Part shown: positions 8,274-17,821 of the stretch, one piece after another
How the letters are laid out: every line of letters starts with the position of its first letter
How positions within the stretch are numbered: position 1 is the first letter of the stretch
Assembly: GCF_051201665.1 (NCBI RefSeq)
Contig: NZ_CP179211.1
Coordinates: 50,060 to 82,059 of the forward strand
Direction of reading: 5' to 3'
Origin: Psychrobium sp. nBUS_13
GTDB taxonomy: Bacteria; Pseudomonadota; Gammaproteobacteria; Enterobacterales; Psychrobiaceae
Length of the DNA: 32,000 nucleotides
Position numbers and translations under genes: made by a program
Notes under the pieces: generated by a model
Databases searched by the model: none
Seen by the model: only the letters and a program-made list of their open reading frames with translations
Told to the model about the DNA's origin: nothing

Positions 8274-8735
8274 ATGTCTGAACTGGATAAAATAGACCTT
8301 AAGATCTTAAGAGAACTGCAAAATAATGGACGGCTTTCTAACGCCGAGCTAGCAGAGTTGGTTAATGTGAGTGCAGCGACTTGCCATAGGCGCACGCAAA
8401 GGTTGTTTGAGAAAAAGTTTATCGATTCAGTTCAAGCTAATATTAAGCCTAGTGCTGTGAACTTGGGGGCTGTGGTTATGGTAGGTGTTGTACTTGATCG
8501 TTCTACACCTGAAAGCTTTGAAAATTTCGAACGTGCCATCAAGAAGCTATCGATTGTATTATCTTGTTTCTTAGTGGCTGGAGAATATGACTATTTATTA
8601 AAAATAAGAGTTAAAGATATGACCGACTTTAATAAGCTCCACAGTGATAAATTATTAGCTTTACCTGAAGTTCGTCAGTTAAGAACTTACTTTGTGATGA
8701 AAGAAGTTGTCGATAACGCACCGTTACCTTTTTGA
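8274..8735 (+). CDS. acdR: Lrp/AsnC-family transcriptional regulator, divergent from acdS
   Basis: MSELDKIDLKILRELQNNGRLSNAELAELVNVSAATCHRR is a typical Lrp/AsnC HTH. The ATG at 8274 has AAAGGA 6 nt upstream; 8259 is the alternative start. A divergent Lrp-type regulator is the classic acdR-acdS layout. Confidence 0.8.
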   Translation: MSELDKIDLKILRELQNNGRLSNAELAELVNVSAATCHRRTQRLFEKKFIDSVQANIKPSAVNLGAVVMVGVVLDRSTPESFENFERAIKKLSIVLSCFLVAGEYDYLLKIRVKDMTDFNKLHSDKLLALPEVRQLRTYFVMKEVVDNAPLPF

Positions 8736-8752
8736 TGTTAACTTCCGCTTTT
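8735..8752. repeat. Right copy of the inverted repeat bracketing acdS-acdR
   Basis: ATGTTAACTTCCGCTTTT. A third, gapped relative (AACTTATTTCCGCTTATAC) lies at 8922-8940. Confidence 0.6.
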
Positions 8753-8977
8753 GGCACAAAGCAGTCCAATAGAGGAATGCATTTTCATATCTAAAACTGT
8801 CTTGAAAGTGGCAAAAATGATCAAACTTAATTGCCTACTGAAAGTAGTCGCTCAACTACAGGCACATCTTGCTGCGCAAGAACGCTGAACAAGAGGTGGA
8901 TAACGCTTCGCGTTAACACACAACTTATTTCCGCTTATACCCGTAGTCACTCCCCAAAGTAATAAATTTTATTTTTT

Positions 8978-10365
8978 TTACTTTTTTAAAAGCTTAGCGA
9001 GGTAACTATTGCGCTTGTGAGAGTTGCTACATGTTTCTGTAATGACCATTAAATCATCAGAGCTTCCCACTATATGGATTTCAGCCTCGGCTCTTGTGAT
9101 TGCCGTATATAACCACGATCTATCAACGATCTTGCCTTTCTGTAGAGCGATTATGACACTAGGAAATTGCGAACCTTGAGCTTTGTGTAGGGTTATTGCA
9201 TAACCCAACTCCATGCAATCGAGCACAGATTGCGTGACCTCAACCATATCACCAGTATCCAGCGTTACTTGACCATAGCCTTCACCCGAAGACTCAATAC
9301 TGGTTAGTGTGCCTAGAGAGCCGTTTTGAATGCCTTTGTCGTAGTGGTTTTGCGTGAATAGAATCGCATCATTCAATCTGAGGTTTTGAAAGAATCTCTC
9401 ACCGTGCATTTCAAACTCAAGCCTATCTCCATTAAGGTTGACAGCCTCTTGTGTTAGTTTATTAATTTCAGCAACAAGTGCTTTGGTTGGAGCCATAACA
9501 CGACTGTTCTCAGGCGATTGCTGATACAGTTCACGACACACTTGGGCGATATTTGTTTTTTTCGTTTCGTGGAAGTGAATAGCTCCCGTACTTAACTTCT
9601 CTGGCACGATTCCACTGTTGATAAGCTTTGAGTATTCGGGAATTCCCGTTGAGCCTTCCTGACGTTTAACGATATCTAGCATGGTATTGGTGATAGCTTT
9701 TGACTGAACGATATCAGCAAGTACCTTACCGCAACCTATGGGCGGCAACTGGTCTGGGTCGCCAGTAAATATAATGCGAACCGATGGATGAATATGGTTG
9801 ACCAAGCGATACATGGTTGGCAAGTCAATCATACTGGCTTCATCAATCACCAGAAGATGTTTTGGCTGCTCTGACGATGGCTCTATCGGCTCATCACGAA
9901 ACTGCTTGGCGATGGTTGAGGTGATAAAACCAATTGACTCATGCAAGCGCATAGCGGCTCTACCACTCAACGCTACAGCATGTATTTCAAATCCCATTTG
10001 ATGGTAGGCTCTAAGTGCGGTTCTAAGCACCGTCGTTTTACCAGTACCAGCCCCGCCCGTGATACAACTCACCGCGTTATCTAAACACGTTGTTACTGCT
10101 TCGATTTGTTTCTTGGTCAGCTCGTATGGCAATTCACCAACCGCAGAGCAATATGCAGAATTTGCATATTCGTCATAAAGGTTGTTTTGGCTAGCTAATG
10201 CTTTAAGCCGTTTAGCAACGACATTTTCCATCAATAACTGTGCGGTTGGATGGTAAGTGCCACTGTCAGGGTTTAGGATGTATTGTGCTTTTTCATGACC
10301 TGCCTTGAACGCTGCCGCAACTAGCTCTTTGTCCTTGAGTAGTTTGGTTAAATAGGGTCGCAAGG
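8978..10365 (-). pseudogene. RecD2-like SF1 helicase, C-terminal fragment (split by IS21-family element)
   Basis: Walker A GGAGTGKTT, motif II VIDEASMID, GDPDQLPPIG, AITLHKAQGSQFP, YTAITRA. The first ~20 codons of the ORF-track call (MIHRWVNFGSMLVGHFCTVGD) are read out of the IS end. Confidence 0.85.
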
Positions 10366-10453
10366 TGTCACCAACGGTGCAAAAATGACCCACTAACATC
10401 GATCCAAAATTGACCCACCGATGTATCATTTATTTATTTTTAGGTGATACGGT

Positions 10454-12249
<1,796 letters not shown>

Positions 12250-12318
12250 CTGGGTCAGTTTTCAATCGATGAATTACTGAAAAAGTGGGTCAATTTTAAA
12301 CCGTTGTTGACAGCAAGG

Positions 12319-13012
12319 CCGCTTGGTTTGTATACGTATGGCCTTTATCAATTTCTTTTCTGATAGCCGTTTCTAGTGCTGCGCTTAGCCTCTTGTGGTC
12401 ACAATCTGTGACCACAAGTTTGAAGTCGCAATTTGCGACCACAAGATCGACTTGTTCAAACGATATCCCGAAACCGATCAGCACATAGGGATTTTGCTTG
12501 ATCGCTTCAATCGACTCTTCACCGTGATGTTTCAGTAAGCGCTGCTGCACACCTGCTGGTATCTTATGTTCGGTCATCCAGTTGCAGTAGGCCAGATTTT
12601 TATATTTAGCATAGCCTTCAAACAACGCATTGATAGAATCTTCACTCAGGACGCTTCTAAGCTTTTCTCTCGATTCAGGAGTATCTTTTCTAACTATCGA
12701 GTGGAGATCTTTACCTAATAGCTCCCATAGCGCTCTAGCTTTACTTTCTCCAATACCTTTAAAGTCAGCTTCTCTTGCGATAAAGCGAATCAGTTGCTCG
12801 CCCGTTTCTGGAAGACTACATTCGATATGCTCCGGTGATTCATAGGTGTGCTGCTGCATCACGAAGTCACCCGTTTCCATTTCTTCTATTATGCGTGAGC
12901 CTTTAACCGACCAGTGTTGACCGAGTGCGGGTTGAACGGGGATTGAATCAGGGTGCGCTTTGATGGTGACGTAATACTTGCCGCTATTGGTTTTATAGGA
13001 GATTTAAATCAT
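12319..13012 (-). pseudogene. RecD2-like helicase, N-terminal fragment, with an in-frame TAA at codon 3
   Basis: Joining 12319 to 10365 restores ...HTYTNQAALRPYLTKLLKD... in frame. HhH-like FKGIGESKARALWELLG. The frame stays open upstream of the ORF-track start (12880) back to ATG ATT TAA (13012-13004), with no other canonical start between. Confidence 0.75.
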
Positions 13013-13265
13013 GACTTAAAAGCTCTCTAACAACAATGAAATTTATCGGGAATTTAGCTTTTAAGTCATCTGGAACGATAGAAATAAACAATTCAATGCA
13101 CTTTTTCCATTTAAGTTCGTCGACAGAATCAATACTAGGCATACTATTGCCCTTCTTATTTTCTAAGGTATATCTTGTTCTTAAAGCTTTTACTAGACTA
13201 TTCTCTTTTTGCCTTGTAGTTGATTCACAAATTTTCTTTAAGTCATCTAAAGTCATATTTTTCAC
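12993..13265 (-). CDS. Hypothetical protein (90 aa)
   Basis: ORF lying in the operon between recT and the helicase. Its end overlaps the putative helicase ATG. No family recognised. Confidence 0.5.
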   Translation of the reverse strand: MKNMTLDDLKKICESTTRQKENSLVKALRTRYTLENKKGNSMPSIDSVDELKWKKCIELFISIVPDDLKAKFPINFIVVRELLSHDLNLL

Positions 13266-13279
13266 TTACCAAAAGTTAT

Positions 13280-13984
13280 TTAAGAATTCATTTCAAGCAA
13301 ATTCAAGTTATTAGTAAACTCATCCTCGAATGCACCGTCAACGATAGATACAAGTGTTTTCCAATGTCGTCTAATTAACGTTTTCTTTCTTAATTCGTCT
13401 ACGAACGCTGAATGCCAAAATGAGTGTGGATTGGTTTTGCAACTTGTTTCAATCTCCATAACCTCCTCTGGAGACATAGTTGTGGTTACAACTGCACCAT
13501 CAACCAATTCAGTCGTACAGTATCCACCAGCCATTGCTCCTCTCATGTTGGTAGATAGACTTTGAGTGCTATGTGTAACTCGGTTGTTAATGCCGTTGAA
13601 CTGAAATGTATCGTTTGAATATATGATATCTGCAGTTGTAATTTGTATATAGGGATTTAAGCTACCAAGCTTTAGGTATCCCTTATAGCCAATATAGAAT
13701 AAAGCTCGAAAACCGTTAGTTGGGTCAAACTGGGGAATAACGAATGCAAGCTGCTTATCAGGACAAATAGTTAATCCAAATTTGGCTATATTCAAGAAAG
13801 CTGATGCAATCATACCAGGAAAGCAGACTTCATTTGCGCTTGTGCTATCAATTAGATTCATTAAATATTGACGCTCTTCGTCATAATCAATTAGACCTTG
13901 ATACTTCTCTGCGTTAGTTCTGAATTCTTTTTCAACATTAGATAGTTCTTTGTTTAATTGTGTATAAAAATTTAAACTACTCAT
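13280..13984 (-). CDS. recT: RecT-family single-strand annealing protein
   Basis: FYIGYKGYLKLG..., DTFQF, and W....F.DELRKKTLIRRHWKTL parallel the RecT blocks IIGYRGMIDLA, DEFSF and W...EMAKKTAIRRLFKYLP (from memory). Confidence 0.75.
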   Translation of the reverse strand: MSSLNFYTQLNKELSNVEKEFRTNAEKYQGLIDYDEERQYLMNLIDSTSANEVCFPGMIASAFLNIAKFGLTICPDKQLAFVIPQFDPTNGFRALFYIGYKGYLKLGSLNPYIQITTADIIYSNDTFQFNGINNRVTHSTQSLSTNMRGAMAGGYCTTELVDGAVVTTTMSPEEVMEIETSCKTNPHSFWHSAFVDELRKKTLIRRHWKTLVSIVDGAFEDEFTNNLNLLEMNS

Positions 13985-13996
13985 TATTGACTCCTA

Positions 13997-15112
13997 TTAA
14001 TCTATTACTATTATCTGGTCATTAACTGTATAGCCGTACCAATTGCTTGTGTCGATACAGCCTTTAAGTGTTCTTAAGCCCATTTCGGTATCTCGCCACC
14101 CCTGCTCTTGCCTTTTTTTAGATAATTCAAATATCTCGCAAATTTCTGCTTCTTCATATTCGATAGCTACAAATGCAAACACTTCTACAGGTACATCAAG
14201 TAAGTTGGCGACATATTTATAAAATTCTGCTTGTACGTCATAATTAAGGTCTTTGCACTGCTTAGAAAACTTATAGGGTTCAGCACTTCTCGCCGTTTTT
14301 ATATCAATAGCGATCGCATCTCTTCTGAGATAGTCAATTTTGATTTTTAACAGTAAGCCTGTTATTGGGTCCTTTGCGATCATCGTTATTTCTGGAAAAC
14401 CATCTTTAGTTAATAAAGGCGCCCTAGTATGCTTTAAGAACGCAGATTCGACCTGTTTTGCTTTATTCCACTGCTCTACCTCTACTGGCAGCTTTAGACA
14501 TTGCTTTTTCACCAATTGTGTTTCGTAAGCCTTATGTATGTTTATTGCTTTTTTGTTTCTAACCAGTTCTTGAGCTATCTGAAAAGCTTTCTTACCAGTG
14601 TTCTTCATATATGAACTAGCGACAATTAAATCAAATATTTCAATTGTCATATCGTGCTGAGCCAACCTTTCTATCAATTCGGGTTTATTACCGGTCTTCG
14701 CTAATCCCACTTCATCACATTTATTTGCCAGTTCTTTACTTGTTACTAGTGCTTTAGGATGTTCTGATTGATTAGGCAATCGGAAGTACTTTTTCTCGAA
14801 CTCATTAGGTTCTAAAATTAATTCATGCCCTAAAGTCCCAATTTCCATTGCCCTACTTCGAGTAAAGAGTGATTCAGAGGATTCTTTTTCATCTAGTATT
14901 TTCTTCGCATGAGCAGGAGTTTTAGAAACTAACTTTTTAATAATTGATGAATTAATTGCATCAAGTGAGTGATAAGTTTCATTATCTAAACCAGTGTAAA
15001 TACCGCAGATCAAACCACCGTTATCATCTATAAAATTCGGTATGTCGTCGCTATACGCAGGCATTACATTATCTAACCAAGTCGTTTCTTCATGCGTTGC
15101 ATTAAACGTCAT
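13997..15112 (-). CDS. RecE/YqaJ-type PD-(D/E)XK exonuclease with an inserted SAP-like motif
   Basis: GTLGHELILEP, IKIDYL...AIDIKTA (D..D.K) and YDVQAEFY (QxxxY), typical of the PD-(D/E)XK RecE-like fold. Residues ~123-152, SKELANKCDEVGLAKTGNKPELIERLAQ, match the SAP pattern. Sits directly upstream of recT. Confidence 0.7.
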   Translation of the reverse strand: MTFNATHEETTWLDNVMPAYSDDIPNFIDDNGGLICGIYTGLDNETYHSLDAINSSIIKKLVSKTPAHAKKILDEKESSESLFTRSRAMEIGTLGHELILEPNEFEKKYFRLPNQSEHPKALVTSKELANKCDEVGLAKTGNKPELIERLAQHDMTIEIFDLIVASSYMKNTGKKAFQIAQELVRNKKAINIHKAYETQLVKKQCLKLPVEVEQWNKAKQVESAFLKHTRAPLLTKDGFPEITMIAKDPITGLLLKIKIDYLRRDAIAIDIKTARSAEPYKFSKQCKDLNYDVQAEFYKYVANLLDVPVEVFAFVAIEYEEAEICEIFELSKKRQEQGWRDTEMGLRTLKGCIDTSNWYGYTVNDQIIVID

Positions 15113-15200
15113 GTTTCATTTCCATTTTGATATTTACATTCATTAAAGCATCATCTTTTAATCGCGCAACTTGTGACTTATTAACCATTACAGAAGAAAA

Positions 15201-15342
15201 GTTCACAGTGTGAATTTTTTAGCTAGATTAAACTGTTAGTTAAGTAGATGGGGGAGGGGGCAATGTTCACAGTGTGAACATTATTAGCGCCTCAATTATT
15301 AGCGGCTCTAATGGATGGAGAAAAGTTCACACTGTGAACTTT
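15201..15342. promoter_or_regulatory. Three spaced copies of a 15-21-bp palindrome (GTTCACAGTGTGAAC type); operator or centromere candidates
   Basis: AAAAGTTCACAGTGTGAATTTTT (centre 15208), AATGTTCACAGTGTGAACATT (15262-15282, centre 15272) and AAAGTTCACACTGTGAACTTT (15322-15342, centre 15332). Spacings are 64 and 60 bp. They lie 90-230 bp upstream of the recE-like start. Confidence 0.6.
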
Positions 15343-15385
15343 CATTATACTACTCAGAAATGCCATATATTTTGAGGATGAAATG

Positions 15386-15656
15386 TTTTGGAACAATAAA
15401 GTTTGTACAGAACAGTTAATGTTTGTACACAAGAGGATTTTGGAATAATAAAGATTGTACATAGTAAAGAAGGCTTGCAAGGTCACGATATATATCAAGG
15501 ACTTAACGAGTCGTAAAACTGTACATGTAAATAAACTAGACGCACCAACCTTAAGTCAGCAAGCAAAGGTTATGGGAATTAGTGTACAAACTTTATTATA
15601 CCGTCCGTTGTAAGTTACTGATTTTTGGTAGCCCTTGTGTACAAACTTTTTTATAC
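15386..15656. repeat. Family of TGTACA-containing repeats in both orientations
   Basis: TTTTGGAACAATAAAGTTTGTACAG (15386-15410), AATGTTTGTACAC (15418-15430), TTTTGGAATAATAAAGATTGTACAT (15438-15462), AACTGTACATGTAAAT (~15517-15532); inverted copies GTGTACAAACTTTATTATAC (~15582-15601) and GTGTACAAACTTTTTTATAC (~15638-15657). Confidence 0.6.
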
Positions 15657-15664
15657 ATAAACAC

Positions 15665-16030
15665 TTACTTTACGTGATCAAGTGAAGCGCAAACACCTTG
15701 AGTTTCAAATTCAAAATAATTAATAGGCATAGGTTTAGTTATTGTTACTTCGAATGACTCACTGCCTACTTCTTTTAGAGAATTGTTACTTATAGAGCTT
15801 TCAAGAGAAACGTTCGATTTATCAGCAAGCATTGATTGAACACCAATTTTAGCGTTTTTCTTGGCTGTGGCCATTGAGGTATTCGGTAGCAATTCAACGC
15901 AGTAAATTAAATTACCTTTATATTTAAGCAGCGAAAGTTCTTCAAAAGTCATTGAATTTAAATTAGTCTCAGCAGTGATTGCTCCTGCAGAAGTTAATAA
16001 TATTAATGTTAGCCTGAGTGTTTTTATCAT
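15665..16030 (-). CDS. Small secreted hypothetical protein (121 aa)
   Basis: N-terminal signal-peptide-like MIKTLRLTLILLTSAGAITAE. ATGA overlap with the upstream ORF. Confidence 0.55.
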   Translation of the reverse strand: MIKTLRLTLILLTSAGAITAETNLNSMTFEELSLLKYKGNLIYCVELLPNTSMATAKKNAKIGVQSMLADKSNVSLESSISNNSLKEVGSESFEVTITKPMPINYFEFETQGVCASLDHVK

Positions 16031-16320
16031 TTCCTTTCTAGGTATCCACAGAATTGAGCTCCAATTCGTAAAAATTTAATATCTTCTAAGACTTCTTTTT
16101 TCTTAACACCTTGTTTTAATCGGATGTAATAAATTCCCTTTGAAATACTTTTTTTAGATTCTTCTGATTGGGCGCTATCAGTACAAAAATATGCTTGCTT
16201 ATCAGCCAATCTAAGAGATGGGTCATCGAAACCCGCCATTTCGATATTTTTTTCTTGTGCAAATGATTCGTGACTAAAAGTAGCTAAAATCAACCATACA
16301 CCCACATTACATATTTTCAT
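16027..16320 (-). CDS. Small secreted hypothetical protein (97 aa)
   Basis: Signal-peptide-like MKICNVGVWLILATFSHESFAQ. Confidence 0.55.
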   Translation of the reverse strand: MKICNVGVWLILATFSHESFAQEKNIEMAGFDDPSLRLADKQAYFCTDSAQSEESKKSISKGIYYIRLKQGVKKKEVLEDIKFLRIGAQFCGYLERK

Positions 16321-16324
16321 TTTT

Positions 16325-16561
16325 CTACCTTACCTTACACAGAGTAATAAACAGCCATTTGCATTCGCCATTAGAACCTCGGTTAAATCCTAGTGTTACA
16401 AGTAACAACACCAAAGGAATACCAAATACGTTAGGTACAACCATGTTATACATTGCCCATGAATTATATGCTGTGATTAAGGATAAAATAGTAAACACTA
16501 ATGATATGATCCCAAATGCACGTATAGCATGGCCTTTTTCAAAAATGTAATAGTTCTTCAT
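16325..16561 (-). CDS. Small membrane protein (78 aa, two predicted TM helices)
   Basis: Hydrophobic stretches AFGIISLVFTILSLITAY and VFGIPLVLLLVTLGF. First gene of a tightly packed three-gene unit. Confidence 0.5.
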   Translation of the reverse strand: MKNYYIFEKGHAIRAFGIISLVFTILSLITAYNSWAMYNMVVPNVFGIPLVLLLVTLGFNRGSNGECKWLFITLCKVR

Positions 16562-16668
16562 ATAGTGTTTTAATTAATTTAAGATGCTAATCATTTTAAA
16601 GTCTTAGCAGATTTATTTGCTTAAAAAAAACCTAAATTTGTAAATAAAATATGTTTCATTTGATTAGT

Positions 16669-17646
16669 CTAGTCCTCAAATCGTGATGTGCCAGTACGTT
16701 TAGCATTAGCTTGCCTAGTATAATGTAAGGGCATAGTAGGGTTCTTCCAACCTCCAGATAAAGCTATCTCTGTCAAACTCACACCGTTTTCAGCTAGGCT
16801 TACCGCGCTACCAATTCTTAAGCTATGAGTATTAAACGCCAAACCAAGTAAACCTAACTCTCTGGCCATATTTTTTATAATTTTAGTAAAGCCAATATAT
16901 TTAAGTGGATCTCCCACTTTTCCACCTTTGTAGATACGGCGAATAAATAAACCCTCACTTATTCCTGTTTTATCCAAGTACAAACGAATGAGTGAAAGTG
17001 TTTTTGGTGAGAGGTTAGCGTATCTACCTTCTCCGTCTTGATCATTTTTGGCCCTGGCAATAAAAGCAGTTCCAATTTCAAAATCTATATCTTCGACCTG
17101 CAGCGCTAATAGTTCACTAGCTCGACATAACGTATACGTACCTAAGAACATGAGCATTGTATTTCTTATCTCAATGATAGATGATTCAGAGGTTACGGGC
17201 GGGAGCCGTTTAATATTAGAATGTCTAAGTGGTGCAAGTTGTTTAGAAGAGGGCAGTCGTATCAGTGAATTTCTAATATAATCCGTAATATTCTTACTAT
17301 CTTTCAATGGGTTCTTAATTTCAAGAAGACTGAACATTCCACTAATAGTAGATAATCTACGTTTTATTGTTGACTTACTGAAACCGTCACTAATCATTAT
17401 ATCGATGTAATCAAAGATAACTTCTTTAGCCGTTTTAAAGTCGCTACTAAATTCAATATACCCGTTAGAGCTACAAAAGCATTTATAATGTTTATAGTCT
17501 GATCGCTTTGCTTTTAAAGTATTTGGGTTTTCAGTTGGGAGAATTCTTTCTCTGTACTCATCAATGTTATCTTGCGCTTTATCTCGAACAAGATTATCAA
17601 TTTTGTTCGATTGGACACTAAGAATATCATTCAGGTTATTTTTCAC
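16669..17646 (-). CDS. Cre-like tyrosine recombinase
   Basis: CRASELLALQVEDIDF (Arg I). The C-terminus THSLRIGSAVSLAENGVSLTEIALSGGWKNPTMPLHYTR parallels Cre GHSARVGAARDMARAGVSIPEIMQAGGWTNVNIVMNYIR (from memory), including GGW in place of His II and the catalytic Tyr. GTG start with AAGGAG SD. Confidence 0.85.
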   Translation of the reverse strand: MKNNLNDILSVQSNKIDNLVRDKAQDNIDEYRERILPTENPNTLKAKRSDYKHYKCFCSSNGYIEFSSDFKTAKEVIFDYIDIMISDGFSKSTIKRRLSTISGMFSLLEIKNPLKDSKNITDYIRNSLIRLPSSKQLAPLRHSNIKRLPPVTSESSIIEIRNTMLMFLGTYTLCRASELLALQVEDIDFEIGTAFIARAKNDQDGEGRYANLSPKTLSLIRLYLDKTGISEGLFIRRIYKGGKVGDPLKYIGFTKIIKNMARELGLLGLAFNTHSLRIGSAVSLAENGVSLTEIALSGGWKNPTMPLHYTRQANAKRTGTSRFED

Positions 17647-17697
17647 TTTAGCTCCTTATCTAAACTTAATTAATATGGCCATTTGTATAATATTTAT

Positions 17698-17731
17698 TTT
17701 AGTATAGATAATTACAGTTATCTATACTAAA
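17698..17731. other. 34-bp lox-like core recombination site
   Basis: TTTAGTATAGATAATTACAGTTATCTATACTAAA has perfect 14-bp inverted arms around TTACAG, equally readable as 13-8-13 with the asymmetric spacer ATTACAGT. It lies 52 bp upstream of the recombinase start. An extra arm-like AGTTAGTATAAAC follows at 17731-17743. Confidence 0.75.
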
Positions 17732-17803
17732 GTTAGTATAAACAGCACCCCGATTTACATTAAAAACTCAAGGGTTTGATTAAGGATTAGTTTATTTATA
17801 AAA

Positions 17804-17818
17804 GTGTGACAACTAACG
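17804..17818 (+). repeat. Ter-like / operator-like motif, copy 1
   Basis: GTGTGACAACTAACG, 3 bp beyond the stop of the 226-aa ORF. Confidence 0.6.
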
Positions 17819-17821
17819 TTT

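Noticed and set aside
8893-8902. GGTGGATAAC, a near match to the DnaA box TGTGGATAA.
   Set aside because: It is a single isolated 8/9 match far from the iterons. No DnaA box was seen by eye in the origin regions.
15251-15261. GGGGGAGGGGG run, unusual in this AT-rich DNA.
   Set aside because: There are only two G-tracts, so no G-quadruplex can form. No partner C-rich sequence or repeat was found, and no function can be argued.
15292-15498. 68-aa minus-strand ORF in the repeat hub.
   Set aside because: It spans palindrome 3 and the TGTACA repeats, has an implausible composition and no SD. The region is better explained as cis-acting DNA.
15517-15536. CTGTACATGTAAATAAAC as a possible LexA (SOS) box.
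   Set aside because: It lacks the CTGT-N8-ACAG symmetry. It fits the local TGTACA repeat family better.
15607-15617. GTTGTAAGTTA, which matches 9/11 of the E. coli Ter core GTTGTAACTAA.
   Set aside because: It is a single copy and differs at the conserved C of the AAC block. It does not match the motif that is actually repeated in this window. Worth including as a control in binding assays, but not called.
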